Shown here: in pieces, positions 38,756-48,950 of the stretch | Layout of the letters: every line of letters starts with the position of its first letter | Numbering within the stretch: the stretch's first letter is position 1 | DNA from: an uncultured Chloroflexia bacterium | GTDB taxonomy: Bacteria; Chloroflexota; Dehalococcoidia; UBA2979 | Assembly: GCA_963728205.1 (NCBI GenBank) | Contig: CAVSIV010000006.1 | Span: 1,312,001-1,376,000 of the forward strand | DNA: 64,000 nucleotides | Direction: 5' to 3' | Translations under genes and position numbers: made by a program | Notes under the pieces: model-generated | What the model was told of the DNA's origin: nothing | What the model saw: the letters and a program-made list of their open reading frames with translations, nothing else | The model's database searches: none

Positions 38756-40570
38756 ATGAACCCACCTCACTCTGCCCGCCCGTCGGACCGCCGGTCCTGG
38801 TTCAGCACGTCGCTGGTCGCGGCCACGATCGCCACCGCGATCGTCGCGCTGAGCCTGCTCCTCTCCACCGCCACCCCGGCGAGCGCCGCCCCGGCCACGC
38901 AGTGCAACGGCGAGCAGAACCTGCCCCTCCAGGGCCTCCGCTGCGCGGTCACCGTGGTCAACTACGTCACGCCGTCCGGCGCACTCTCCCCGTCGCCGTC
39001 GTCGACCGTCACCGTCACGCGCTGCGTCGGCGCGGACTGGCTGATCTCGAGCGGCGGCGGCACGTGCACGACCACGACGACCCTCTCGTCGACACCGGTC
39101 ACCACGGTCCAGCAGTGCGACAACTCCGCCAACGGCATCCACGCCGCGCTGATCTGCTCGGTGACGATCACGAACCACTTCAGCGCTTTGCCGGCGAGCC
39201 CGATCGTGCCCGCGACCGTCTACCAGTGCGTCCTGGCCTTCGCGAACGGGGCGGGTACCTGCTCCCCGGCGAACACGGGCGGCAGCATCAACTCGATCGG
39301 CGCCGCGACGGTCGGGCAGTGCGTCGACACGGGGAACATCGGCGGCACGCACGGTCTCTGCGCGGTGATCGCCGGCTCGACGACGACCGCGAGCCTGCCG
39401 GTGCACATCGACCAGTGCAACGACTCGGTGAACGGGGGCCTGGGCGAGGTCAACTGCAGCGCGACGGTCGTGAACGACGTGATCGCGCCGCCCACTCCGT
39501 CTCCCACTCCGGCGACGTGCGTCGACGCCGGCAGTCCCACGCCCGCGCCCGGCGCCGGTGGGGCGGGCGGAGCGGGTGGAGCGGGTGGTGCCACCGCCAC
39601 GCCCGACGCCGGTGGGGCGGGCGGAGCGGGTGGAGCGGGTGGTGCCACCGCCACGCCCGACGCCGGTGGGGCGGGCGGAGCGGGTGGTGCCGGCGGCGCC
39701 GGAGGTGCCGGGGGTGCGGGTGGTGCCGGAGGGGCGGGCGCCGGGGGCGTGAGCGTCGCGAGCATCGCCCTCCCGCCGTCGGACTGCACCCCGACCGCGA
39801 GCCCGACCGCGACGGTCACGCCCGCCGCCACGCCGACCGCGACATCGACTCCGACGGCGACCACTACGCCGACGACTACGCCGACGGCGGCGACCACGCC
39901 GACGGCGACGACCACGCCGACGGCGACGGCGACCCCCGTCGTCGCGAGCACGCCGCCCGCGGGCGGCTGCGGCGCCGTGCCGTGTGGCAGCACCGAGACG
40001 GTGTGCGATGGTCCGTGCACGACGGCGCCGACGGTGTGCGCCGGCGACTGCGCGGTGATCACCCTCACGATCTGCGCCACCGACTGCCAGCCGACCGTCG
40101 TCGTCGGCTGCCAGGGCGACTGTGGCGTGACCGTCACGACGGCGTGCGCAGGCCAGTGCGAGCCGGCGACGACGACCGCGTGCACGGGGCCGTGCGCCCC
40201 GGCCGCGCCTCCCATCACCTGCACGGGGCCGTGCCAACCCCCGGTCGTCGCGTGTACCGGCCCGTGCTCCGTGACGACGACCACCACGGCGGCCTGTATC
40301 GGTGCGTGCACGACCACCGTGACGATCGCGTGCGCCGGGGGGTGCACCGGGAGCCAGGCCGCCGCGGTGTCGGCCGAGCAGCTGGTCGCCGTGGCGCGCG
40401 CCGCCGTCGCGACGCCGCACGCCGGCTCACCGCTCCCGGCCGCGACCGGCATGGGGCCGGTCCCGCAGGGCCGGTCGACGTCGCCCGCGTGGCCCCTCGC
40501 GCTCGCGCTGGCCGCGGTGGGGGTCACCGCCGCGGGCGCCTACGCCGTGCGCCACCGGCGCGCGCCCTAG
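38756..40570 (+). CDS. Secreted Cys-rich repetitive surface protein with sortase-like C-terminal anchor
   Basis: Signal peptide, repeated V/I-x-QC motifs, GA and PT linkers, CxGxC repeats, LPAATG + TM + RHRR. Confidence 0.8.
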   Translation: MNPPHSARPSDRRSWFSTSLVAATIATAIVALSLLLSTATPASAAPATQCNGEQNLPLQGLRCAVTVVNYVTPSGALSPSPSSTVTVTRCVGADWLISSGGGTCTTTTTLSSTPVTTVQQCDNSANGIHAALICSVTITNHFSALPASPIVPATVYQCVLAFANGAGTCSPANTGGSINSIGAATVGQCVDTGNIGGTHGLCAVIAGSTTTASLPVHIDQCNDSVNGGLGEVNCSATVVNDVIAPPTPSPTPATCVDAGSPTPAPGAGGAGGAGGAGGATATPDAGGAGGAGGAGGATATPDAGGAGGAGGAGGAGGAGGAGGAGGAGAGGVSVASIALPPSDCTPTASPTATVTPAATPTATSTPTATTTPTTTPTAATTPTATTTPTATATPVVASTPPAGGCGAVPCGSTETVCDGPCTTAPTVCAGDCAVITLTICATDCQPTVVVGCQGDCGVTVTTACAGQCEPATTTACTGPCAPAAPPITCTGPCQPPVVACTGPCSVTTTTTAACIGACTTTVTIACAGGCTGSQAAAVSAEQLVAVARAAVATPHAGSPLPAATGMGPVPQGRSTSPAWPLALALAAVGVTAAGAYAVRHRRAP

Positions 40571-40666
40571 GCGCGGCAGTTGAGTCGGCGGGCGCGCCGC
40601 GCCCACCGCGCCCGCCGCGCGCCGGGGTGATCGGCGTCGGGCCGGCTCAGCGGCGACCCGGCGACG

Positions 40667-40904
40667 TCAGCGCGCGCACGCCGCTGCGCGGCGCAGCATC
40701 AGATCGCGCTCCGCCGCGTTGCGCGTCAGCGCCGCCGCGCGCTCGAACTCCACGCGCGCCTCGTCGCGGCGGCCCCGCTTCTCCAGCAGGTCCCCCCGCA
40801 CGCTCGAGAGGAGGTGATAGCCGCGGAGCGCCGGCTCCGCCGTCAGCGCGTCGACGACCTCCAGGCATCGCGCCGTGGTCGAACGAGATCAGGTATCGCG
40901 GCAT
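40667..40904 (-). pseudogene. Fused relic: YciI-like N-terminus joined to ECF42 sigma C-terminus
   Basis: MPRYLISFDHGAM followed out of frame by LEVVDALTAEPALRGYHLLSSVRGDLLEKRGRRDEARVEFERAAALTRNAAERDLMLRR. Confidence 0.75.
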
Positions 40905-40971
40905 GCCACGCTCCTGCTGTGGGCGCCCTGCTCGCCGCGGCGGGCGCGGGCCCGCGCCCGCCCGCCCGCGG

Positions 40972-42165
40972 TCACACCACCGCCGCCGTCACCGAGAGGA
41001 TCGGCGGCAGCGTGCCCGGCAGCCGCTGCCAGCGCTCGCCGCGGTCGGCGCTGGCAAACACCTCGCCGTTCGACGTGCCGACGTACACGCCCTCGGACTC
41101 CAGGCCGTCGGTGTCGAGGCCCTCGCGGTAGACGCTCTGGTAGTCGTGCGGGCCCGGGAGGCCCTTCGTCATCGCCTGCCAGCTCTTGCCGTCGTCCTGC
41201 GTGCGCCACACCGCGAACTGGCCGCGCGCGACGCGGAAGTTGTCCTCTTCGAACGCCAGCGGCACGACGTACGCCGCCGCCGGGCCGCGCTTCGACAGCG
41301 CGAGCGGGAAGCCGTGGAACGACGGCAGGCCCTCGGTCACGTCGAGCCACCCCGCCGGGTCGCCGAGGTCGTGCCGGAACACGCCGATGTGCGCCTGGCC
41401 CCAGAGGCGGTCGGGGTTCGTCGGGTCGATCAGCAGCTTGTGAAACTCGTCCTGCGCCGCCGGGTCGACGTTCTCCGGCAGCTTGAACACCTGCTCCATC
41501 TGCGCGGCCAGCTCCGGGAAGCGCTTCGCGAACTCCGCCTCCATCGCCTGCGCCATCGGCGTCTGCGGCACGATGCGGTGCGAGATCAGCTCCCACGACG
41601 CGCCGGCGTCCTTCGACTCGTACGTGCCGCCCGTGCTGATCGAGACGAAGACGTGCTGCGCGTCGCGCGGGTCGACCTGGATCGAGTGCAGCGCCGACTG
41701 CCCGCCGCCGCTGCCGCCCCACGCCGAGCGGTAGGGGTGGTTCATCAGGCCCTCGACCGGCGCCCAGCTCTCTCCGCCGTCCTCGCTGCGGAAGAGGCCG
41801 GCCGGCTGCGTGCCGGCGTAGACGACGCCGGGCTCGGAGGCGTGGCCGGGCTGCACGTGCCAGACCGAGCCGAGCCCGCCCGACATGAACTCCTCGGCCG
41901 TCGCTTGACGGCGGAAGCCGAGGCCGCGCGAGTTCCAGTCCCACGTCTTGCCCATGTCGTCGCTGCGCGCGACGAACGGCCCCCAGGCCCAGTGCGCGCC
42001 CGAGGCGAGCAGGCGCGGCGTCGCGCCGCGGGTGTCGGCCGCCATGTGGTAGACGGACCAGCCGGGCATGATCGGCTCGGCGAGCTCCCAGCGCTCGCGC
42101 TTCTCGTCGGACGAGTAGAGGAACGCGCCCTTCTTCGTCCCGACCAGCAGCTTCACCTGTGCCAT
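40972..42165 (-). CDS. BNR/Asp-box repeat beta-propeller (sialidase/Ycf48-like)
   Basis: LLVGTKKGAF and repeated RSxDxGxxW motifs. Confidence 0.9.
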   Translation of the reverse strand: MAQVKLLVGTKKGAFLYSSDEKRERWELAEPIMPGWSVYHMAADTRGATPRLLASGAHWAWGPFVARSDDMGKTWDWNSRGLGFRRQATAEEFMSGGLGSVWHVQPGHASEPGVVYAGTQPAGLFRSEDGGESWAPVEGLMNHPYRSAWGGSGGGQSALHSIQVDPRDAQHVFVSISTGGTYESKDAGASWELISHRIVPQTPMAQAMEAEFAKRFPELAAQMEQVFKLPENVDPAAQDEFHKLLIDPTNPDRLWGQAHIGVFRHDLGDPAGWLDVTEGLPSFHGFPLALSKRGPAAAYVVPLAFEEDNFRVARGQFAVWRTQDDGKSWQAMTKGLPGPHDYQSVYREGLDTDGLESEGVYVGTSNGEVFASADRGERWQRLPGTLPPILSVTAAVV

Positions 42166-42217
42166 CGTCGTCCCCCCGTGCGCGGCCGGCTGCGGCCGCG
42201 TGCCCGCGCCTGTTTTG

Positions 42218-42604
42218 CTAGCCGTCCCAGCCCGCCTCGACCAGCCGCTGCGCCGCCTGCCAGGCCGGGAACGCCGCCTCGAGCGTGCGCAGCCCCGACG
42301 GCGTCAGCGCCAGCCGGTGCTCGCGCGCGTCCTCCGACGGCGCCTCGGCGATCCAGCCGTTGCGCTCGAGGAGCGCCGCGCTGCGGGTGAGCGTCGTGCG
42401 CTCCAGTCCCAGCAGGTCCGCCAGCTCGCCCAGCCGCGTCGGCCCCTTCTGCGACAGCGCCGCCAGCACGGAGAACTGCGTCGCGCGCAGGCCGTGCGGA
42501 CGGAGGTGCTGCTCGTAGAGGCGCGTCAGCGCGCGCGCCCGCTTGCGGGCGATGAGGCAGGCGCACCGGCGCGTGAGCGAGAGGTCGATGGTGGTGGTCG
42601 GCAT
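42218..42604 (-). CDS. MarR family transcriptional regulator
   Basis: CACLIARKRARALTRLYE, TQFSVL, LERTTLTR, LTPSG. Confidence 0.9.
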   Translation of the reverse strand: MPTTTIDLSLTRRCACLIARKRARALTRLYEQHLRPHGLRATQFSVLAALSQKGPTRLGELADLLGLERTTLTRSAALLERNGWIAEAPSEDAREHRLALTPSGLRTLEAAFPAWQAAQRLVEAGWDG

Positions 42605-42674
42605 GGCGAAGAGTGTATATGCACGTATTCGGGAGTCAAGGGGGGCGGGGAGGAGGCGGGCGCACGCCCGCCGC

Positions 42675-42845
42675 GGCGAGCAGGGCGCCGTCAGGCCGCT
42701 GTTTCCATCTCCACGCGCGCCGCGACTCTGTCGCCGGACCCCGGCGGCCGCCGGGGCGAACGGCCGTGGCGCCGGCGGGCGTGCCCCCGTCGCCCCGCGG
42801 GCGCGTGGGGTGCCGGAAACAGCGGCCTGACGTCCCCTGCTCGCC
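42675..42845. mobile_element. ~170-bp MITE-like element (family B), copy 1
   Basis: Terminal inverted repeats GGCGAGCAGGGCGCCGTCAGGCCGCTGTTTCC (42675-42706) and near-inverse 42815-42845. Confidence 0.65.
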
Positions 42846-42861
42846 TCGGCGCGCGCCGGCC

Positions 42862-44220
42862 TCAGGACCCGCCGTGCCAGCGCGACGCGTGCTCGCGCTG
42901 CGTGTCGGTGTAGCCGCGGCCCGGCGCGAACAGGCGGTCGTAGTACGCGAGGTCGAGGTGGTGCGCCTGCACCCAGATGCCGGGGACGTGCATCGCGTCG
43001 ACGTGCGCGGGGAAGCGGCCGTACGTGTTCCAGATGTAGTTGCACACCGCCTTCGTGCAGGCGACGACCTCCTCCGTGTCGTGCGGCACCTCGTCGAGGA
43101 ACTGCCGGCCGTAGTCGCCGCGGTACAGCTCGCCGAACAGCGCCTGGTCGCGGTAGACGCCGCCCGCGCCGTACTTCTCGCCCAGCACCGCGTCGACGGC
43201 GGCGTCCATGTCCGGGTAGTAGGGCGGGCAGCAGCCCTCGAGCAGGCCGTCGAGGCCCACCGGGTTGGGCCGCCACGCCGGCACCGGGGTGATCGGCCGC
43301 AGCAGGAAGGTGCGCAGCCACTTCCTCGGGTGCTGGAAGCGGAAGCGCAGGCCCGGGCCGTAGCGCGCGTAGTCGGGGTCGCCGAGCAGCAGCGGGCCGT
43401 AGAAGCCGGCGTGCACCCAGCCGCCGAGCCCCATCGCCTGGATCGTGAGCAGCAGGTTCTGGATCAGCAGGTCCGACTCGATCGGGATGCGGAACGTCCC
43501 GAGCATGCCCAGCGGCAGCGGCAGGTCCTTGTTCAGGAAGCCGCTCTTCACCCACTTCCCGAGCCCCGCCTTGCGGTAGAAGTTCCACTCGTCGACGAAC
43601 ACGGGGCGCGTGCCGGGCTCCTGCGAGAAGAGGAAGAAGAAGCCGTTGATGTACTGCCGCGTGAGGTCGACGACCGGCAGCAGGATCGTGCTGCCGGGCA
43701 CGTTCGACACGTGCCGGTTGCTGCCGAGGTAGCACGGGAACTCGCGGGGGAAGTCGAGCCGGCGGTCGAGCACCTGCACCTTGCAGCGCTCCGTGTACTC
43801 GATGAGGCGCTCGGGCGAGAGGCCGTCGACGCTGAGGACGAGCGGGTCGAGGTCGTCCGGGCGCTTGAGGAAGTACGTGCCCGAGTCGTTGATGAGGAAG
43901 AAGTGCGTCGCCTGCGCGTTATCGGGGCTGCCGGCCGTGCGGCCGAGCATGTTCAGCATGGGCGAGCCGAGCACCGGGTCGCCGTGCTCGTTCTGGAAGG
44001 GCATGTCGGGCAGCGAGATGCCGGTGACGCCGGTGGCCGCGATCAGCAGCGCCTCCTCGAGCGGCGTCAGCGGCTCGGGGCGCTCGTCCGACGTGTAGCT
44101 CAGGCTCCCCGCCGGCACCGACGCGATGCCCTTGCTGATGCGCCGGGAGCGGCGATTGAAGAGCGCGTCGAAGAGGGGGTAGCGCAGCGCCTCGCGCATG
44201 CCGGGATGGTCGTTCGTCAT
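42862..44220 (-). CDS. Conserved hypothetical protein, possibly nitroreductase-like flavoprotein
   Basis: PLFDALFNRRSRRI, GRTAGSPDN, QNLLLTIQAMGLGGW. Confidence 0.7.
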   Translation of the reverse strand: MTNDHPGMREALRYPLFDALFNRRSRRISKGIASVPAGSLSYTSDERPEPLTPLEEALLIAATGVTGISLPDMPFQNEHGDPVLGSPMLNMLGRTAGSPDNAQATHFFLINDSGTYFLKRPDDLDPLVLSVDGLSPERLIEYTERCKVQVLDRRLDFPREFPCYLGSNRHVSNVPGSTILLPVVDLTRQYINGFFFLFSQEPGTRPVFVDEWNFYRKAGLGKWVKSGFLNKDLPLPLGMLGTFRIPIESDLLIQNLLLTIQAMGLGGWVHAGFYGPLLLGDPDYARYGPGLRFRFQHPRKWLRTFLLRPITPVPAWRPNPVGLDGLLEGCCPPYYPDMDAAVDAVLGEKYGAGGVYRDQALFGELYRGDYGRQFLDEVPHDTEEVVACTKAVCNYIWNTYGRFPAHVDAMHVPGIWVQAHHLDLAYYDRLFAPGRGYTDTQREHASRWHGGS

Positions 44221-44304
44221 GGCCTGACCTCGCAGTCGCGAATCCGAACCGTGTCGCCCACGGTTCGCCTGGCCCGGCCGCCGGCCGAGGATACGCGGCG
44301 GCCG

Positions 44305-44473
44305 GGCGAGCAGGGCGCCGTCAGGCCGCTGTTTCCAGCCGCGCGCGCGCCACGATCGCGCCGCCCCGTCCCGGCCGGCGACCCGGGCGAATCGCGGTGG
44401 CGCGGGCCGCGGTGTTGCGGTCGCCGGCCGGCGAGTGGGTCGCCGGAGACAGCGGGACAGCGCCCTGCCCGCC
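44305..44473. mobile_element. MITE-like element (family B), copy 2
   Basis: Identical 32-bp left end 44305-44336, degenerate right end 44445-44473, similar interior and length to copy 1. Confidence 0.6.
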
Positions 44474-44583
44474 GCGGCGCGAAGAAACTCCCCCCGCGCC
44501 TGTCGATCTCGGCCGTCGACGTTCGTGTAGATGTCGAAGCGGCCCGATACCCTGTCGGGCCCGACAGCCTGGAGGAGACCCTG

Positions 44584-44973
44584 ATGAAGCAGTACCTGCT
44601 GTCCGTCTACATGGTCGAGGGCGAGGCGCCGCCGGCGCCCGAGGTGATGAAGGAGGCCTTCCGCGACGTGGACGTGCTCAACCAGAAGATGCAGGCGCAG
44701 GGCGCCTGGGTCTTCGGGGGCGGCCTCTACCCGCCTGACACCGCGACCGTCGTCCGCGCCGAGAACGGCCGCGTGGTGACGACCGACGGCCCCTTCGCCG
44801 AGGCGAAAGAGCAGATCGGCGGCTTCTGGATCATCCAGGCGGAGGACCTCGACGCGGCCCTCAAGTGGGCCGGTGAGGCGTCGGAGGCGTGCAAGGGCGC
44901 GGTCGAGGTGCGCCCGTTCCAGCCCGAGGACGCGACCGCCGAGGACATCATCGCCACGCAGCAGGCCGGGTAG
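44584..44973 (+). CDS. YciI/DGPF family protein
   Basis: MKQYLL, TDGPFAEAKEQIGGFW, VEVRPF. Confidence 0.93.
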   Translation: MKQYLLSVYMVEGEAPPAPEVMKEAFRDVDVLNQKMQAQGAWVFGGGLYPPDTATVVRAENGRVVTTDGPFAEAKEQIGGFWIIQAEDLDAALKWAGEASEACKGAVEVRPFQPEDATAEDIIATQQAG

Positions 44974-45062
44974 TCCCGAAGCGATGCGCCGCGCCCGCCG
45001 GCGCGCGGAACGCGCGAGCGTTCCGACGGGCGCCGGCGGGCGGGCGACGGACGCCGGAGGCG

Positions 45063-46352
45063 ATGGTGACGCAGCAGCCCGCCGTCGACCATGAGGCAAT
45101 CGCGCGCGTCTTCCGCGAGGAGTCGGCGCGCGCGGTCGCCTCACTGGTGCGGGTCTGCGGCGACGTCGACCTCGCGGAGGAGGCGGTGCAGGAGGCGTTC
45201 GAGGTCGCCCTGCGCCGCTGGCCGTCCGCCGGGGTCCCCCCGAGCCCGGCGGGCTGGATCATCACCACCGCCAAGCACCGCGCCATCGACTGGCTCCGCC
45301 GCGAGCGCACGCGCGACGACCGCCACCGCCGCGCCGCCGCGCTGCGGGCCCAGCGGCGAACGACGACTCAGCGGCGTCGGATACGACGCCGACCTCCGAC
45401 CTGATCGGCGACGGCACCCCGATGGACGACGACCGCCTGCGCCTCGTCTTCACCTGCTGCCACCCCGCGCTCGCCGTCGAGGCGCAGCTCGCGCTCACGC
45501 TGCGGCTGATCGCCGGGCTGCGCACGCCCGAGATCGCGCGGGCGTTCCTCGTGCCGGAGGCGACGATGGCGCAGCGCCTCGTGCGCGCGAAGGCGAAGAT
45601 CCGCGACGCGCGGCATCCCCTACCGCGTCCCGCGCGACGCCGACCTGCCCGAGCGGCTGCGCTCGGTGCTGGCCGTCGTCTACCTGGTGTTCAACGAGGG
45701 CTATGTCGCGACCGCCGGCGCGTCGCTGGTGCGCGACGAGCTGTGCGGCGAGGCGATCCGCCTGGGGCGGCTGCTGGTCGAGCTGATGCCCGACGAGCCC
45801 GAGGCGCGCGGCCTGCTGGCGCTGATGCTGCTCACGGAGTCGCGCCGGCCCGCGCGCACCGCCGCCGACGGGTCGCTCGTGCGGCTCGCCGACCAGGACC
45901 GCGCGCGCTGGGACCGCGCCCTCATCGACGAGGGCCACGCGCTCGTGCGCGCCTGCCTGCGGCAGAACCGCCCCGGCCCCTACCAGCTGCAGGCCGCGAT
46001 CGCGGCCGTGCACGCCGACGCGCCGACCGCCGCCGCCACCGACTGGCGGCAGATCGTCGCGCTCTACGACCGGCTGCTCGCGCTCCAGCCGACGCCCGTC
46101 GTCGCGCTCAACCGCGCCATCGCCGTCGCCGAGGTCGACGGCCCCGCCGCCGCGCTCGCGCTCGTCGACGCGCTGGCGCTCGAGGGCTACCACCCGTGGT
46201 GGGCGACGCGCGGCGATCTGCTCGAGCGGCTGGGGCGGCGCGAGGAGGCGGCGGAGGCGTTCGCCCGGGCGGCGGAGATGACGGAGAACGAGGCGGAGCG
46301 GCGGTACCTCGAGGGGCGGGCGCGATTCCGTCCTAAGGGCTGGAGCCAGTAG
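45063..46352 (+). CDS. ECF42-type sigma-70 factor (DUF6596/TPR extension), frameshifted at ~45350-45410 and ~45612
   Basis: AEEAVQEAF, DDRLRLVFTCCHPAL, AQRLVRAKAKI, YLVFNEGY, QDRARWD, GPYQLQAAIAAVH spread over three ORFs; follows DGPF gene. Confidence 0.9.
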
Positions 46353-46365
46353 AACCTGTGTTGAG

Positions 46366-46421
46366 TTACCGGATACAGCCAGTAAGAATATTCTTGATTT
46401 ACTGGATGCAGCCTGTATGAT
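46366..46421 (+). promoter_or_regulatory. Promoter with tandem palindromic operators for mobile mystery operon
   Basis: TTACCGG-ATACAG-CCAGTAA (46366-46385), TTACTGG-ATGCAG-CCTGTAT (46399-46418); -35 TTGATT 46394, -10 TATGAT 46416. Confidence 0.65.
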
Positions 46422-46428
46422 AGAAGTC

Positions 46429-46905
46429 ATGTCACGTAGCGATAACACGAGAGCGCGTGCCCGACTCGACGGCCGCCTGGCGAAGCTCAGCTCACTCCGA
46501 ACCGAGCCGCGTCCGCACAGGGGATGGATTCGCGCCATCCGCGACGCGCTCGGTATGTCCGCCAGGGAGTTGGCCGCCCGCATGGGCGTCAGTCAACAGA
46601 CGATTCCCGATATCGAGCACAGCGAACTTCGCGACACAATCAAGCTCGACACGCTGAGGCGCGCTGCGGACGCTCTTGACTGTGACCTGGTCTATTTCCT
46701 GATTCCCCGCAGCAGCCTCGACGAGACGATCCGCGCGCAGGCTCGTCGCAAGGCCAGTGATCACCTCGAGCGCGTGGCCCATCACAGTCGCCTCGAAGAC
46801 CAGGCGCTCACCGCGGACGACACCAACGCGGAGATCGACGCGCTGGCATCGACGCTCGCCGACCGGAGAGGGCTGTGGTCGGAGTCCTCATCGCCACGGC
46901 GATAG
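46429..46905 (+). CDS. Mobile mystery protein A (XRE-HTH)
   Basis: PHRGWIRAIRDALGMS..ELAARMGVSQ, TLRRAADALDCDLVYFLIPR, HSRLEDQ, LW; probable leaderless start 46429. Confidence 0.9.
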   Translation: MSRSDNTRARARLDGRLAKLSSLRTEPRPHRGWIRAIRDALGMSARELAARMGVSQQTIPDIEHSELRDTIKLDTLRRAADALDCDLVYFLIPRSSLDETIRAQARRKASDHLERVAHHSRLEDQALTADDTNAEIDALASTLADRRGLWSESSSPRR

Positions 46906-46908
46906 GCA

Positions 46909-47496
46909 ATGACGGGCCCGCTCCTCCCTGTTGGCGACGGGCACACGGCCCTGTCCGATGAGGACGGAGAGGGGCTCATTCCCTCGTACATTGCCACGCG
47001 CGCGGATCTCTTCGACGCGGAAGAGCGCAACATCGCGAAGGCGATGCTCCGCCGCGCGCCGACAATCGACCAGCTTCTCGACGACCGGTATCTGCGCGGT
47101 CTCCATCGCGCGATGTTTGGCGATGTCTGGAAGTGGGCGGGCCGGTACCGCCTGAAGGAAACGAACATCGGCATCGCACCTGCTCAGGTGGCGGTGGCAG
47201 TCCGGGACCTGGTCGACGATGCGCGCGTGTGGGTCGCGTCGGCCACGTATGCGCCGGACGAACTCGCGGTTCGCTTTCATCACCGACTGGTGGCCATCCA
47301 TCCATTCCCAAACGGCAACGGACGCCACGGACGGGTTGCTGCCGACTACCTGGTGCAAGGCCTTGGCAAAGAAGCGTTCACATGGGGCGCCACTCGTGAT
47401 GCCAGCACGGAAGACCTGCGCGCGGAGTACAGGCGCGCGCTACAGCGAGCCGACCAGAATGACATCGCGGATCTTCTCGTGTTCGCGCGGTCCTGA
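46909..47496 (+). CDS. Mobile mystery protein B (Fic domain)
   Basis: LHRAMFGDVWKWAGRYR, RFHHRLVAIHPFPNGNGRHGR, ends FARS. Confidence 0.92.
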   Translation: MTGPLLPVGDGHTALSDEDGEGLIPSYIATRADLFDAEERNIAKAMLRRAPTIDQLLDDRYLRGLHRAMFGDVWKWAGRYRLKETNIGIAPAQVAVAVRDLVDDARVWVASATYAPDELAVRFHHRLVAIHPFPNGNGRHGRVAADYLVQGLGKEAFTWGATRDASTEDLRAEYRRALQRADQNDIADLLVFARS

Positions 47497-47669
47497 GCGG
47501 GCCGGCGGCCTCGGCGTCGGGGTCGCGCCACCACGCGGGCGCGCCGTAGCCGGCGTCCTGGTGCGGGGACTGGATGTCGACGTTGACGCTCTTACGTTCG
47601 CCGACGGGACGGCTACGGACGCTCACCGCGGCTCGTCCGCGTCGTAGAAGGTCGGGAGCGCGCCAGCGA

Positions 47670-48941
47670 TCAGCTCGATCGGTACGGCACGCGCGCGCGG
47701 GCTCCGAGGTCAGGGTGTCGCCGCCCGGGCTGGCGAGCTGTCGTTCGAGCGACGTGAACGCCTCGATCAGCTCGGGCGCCTCGAACGCCCGGTTGCGCCG
47801 GCCGACGTTGATCTGCTGAGCACGCCGCGCCTCGCGAGCCGCCGGATCGCCTTGTTCGTCGCCTCGAAGGTGCGGCCGATCAGGCCGGCGGCCGTGGCAG
47901 CCGTCAGGACCGGGGCGCGCGGGCAACGCGTCGATCAGCGGAACGCCGCGGAGTGCCGCGCGCCGCCCGACGCCCTCCCGCCACGCCTCCTGCAGCGCGC
48001 GCACGCGCTCCTCGAACGCGCTCGCGTCGCCACGGCTCGACTGCAGGCGGTCGCGAAGAGCGCGATCCAGCGGTTGACGCCCTCGTCCGCCTGCGGCGGT
48101 CCGGGGGCCGTCATAGCGGGTCGCGGTCAAGCCGCCGACATAGTCCCGCGAGAGCGTGGCCAGGACCAGCGAGACGGGCGGGAGGAACCAATCGGCGAGC
48201 CCGCGGCGTCTCAGGACGAGGTCGATCAGGGCGCGACCGGTCCGGCCGTTGCCGTCGGCGAACGGGTGGATCGTCTCGAACTGCGCGTGCGCGACGGCCG
48301 CCTGCGCGACGGCGGGCAGCGCGTCGTCGTTGGCGAGAAGGCGCAGAGGTCATGCAGGAACTCGGGGACGCGCTCGGGCGGCGGCGGGACGAAGGCCGCG
48401 GAGCACGGGTTGAAGGCACTGCCGCCGATCCAGTTCTGCTCCGTCGCGGACCGCCGCCGGCCGCCTGCTCCTGCCCGGTCCCCGCCAGCAGCCGCGGTGG
48501 ATCTCGCAGCAGGTCCTCCACCGGCAAGTGGCTGTCGCGTGCACCGCGTCTCCGTCGCCCAGAGCATCGCCTCGATGTTCCCCAGGACCTCCAGCGCGGT
48601 GACATCGCCGCGGGTCCTCACCGATGCCGGCGGCAACTCCGCCCTCAGCAGCCGCCGTCCCCCGACCTCGAGACCCTCGATGCGCGACGAAGCCACCGAC
48701 TCGGCGCGCAGCAGGAGCCGCGCGAGCGCCTCGGTGTCCACGAGCGCCTCGGCGGAGCTGGTTCAGCCGGACCGAGCGCCGCCTCGGCGTCGGCGACGTC
48801 CGCCGCGACGTCGCCGTCCAGCGAGAACCGTCGCCCCGCAACGGGATCCGGGACGTAGGTTTCGTAGTCGCAGGGGCGCCGGTCGCGGCGGGTGAGGCCT
48901 TCCGGCGAGGGTTCCCAGCGGTGACGTTCGAAGCTTGCCAC
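47670..48941 (-). pseudogene. Fic family protein with C-terminal HTH, multiply frameshifted as sequenced
   Basis: YETYVPDP, LLRAESVASSRIEG, QNWIGGSAFNPC, FETIHPFADGNGRTGR (~48233-48280), GRRNRAFEA in successive frames. Confidence 0.85.
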
Positions 48942-48950
48942 GGGCGCCTC

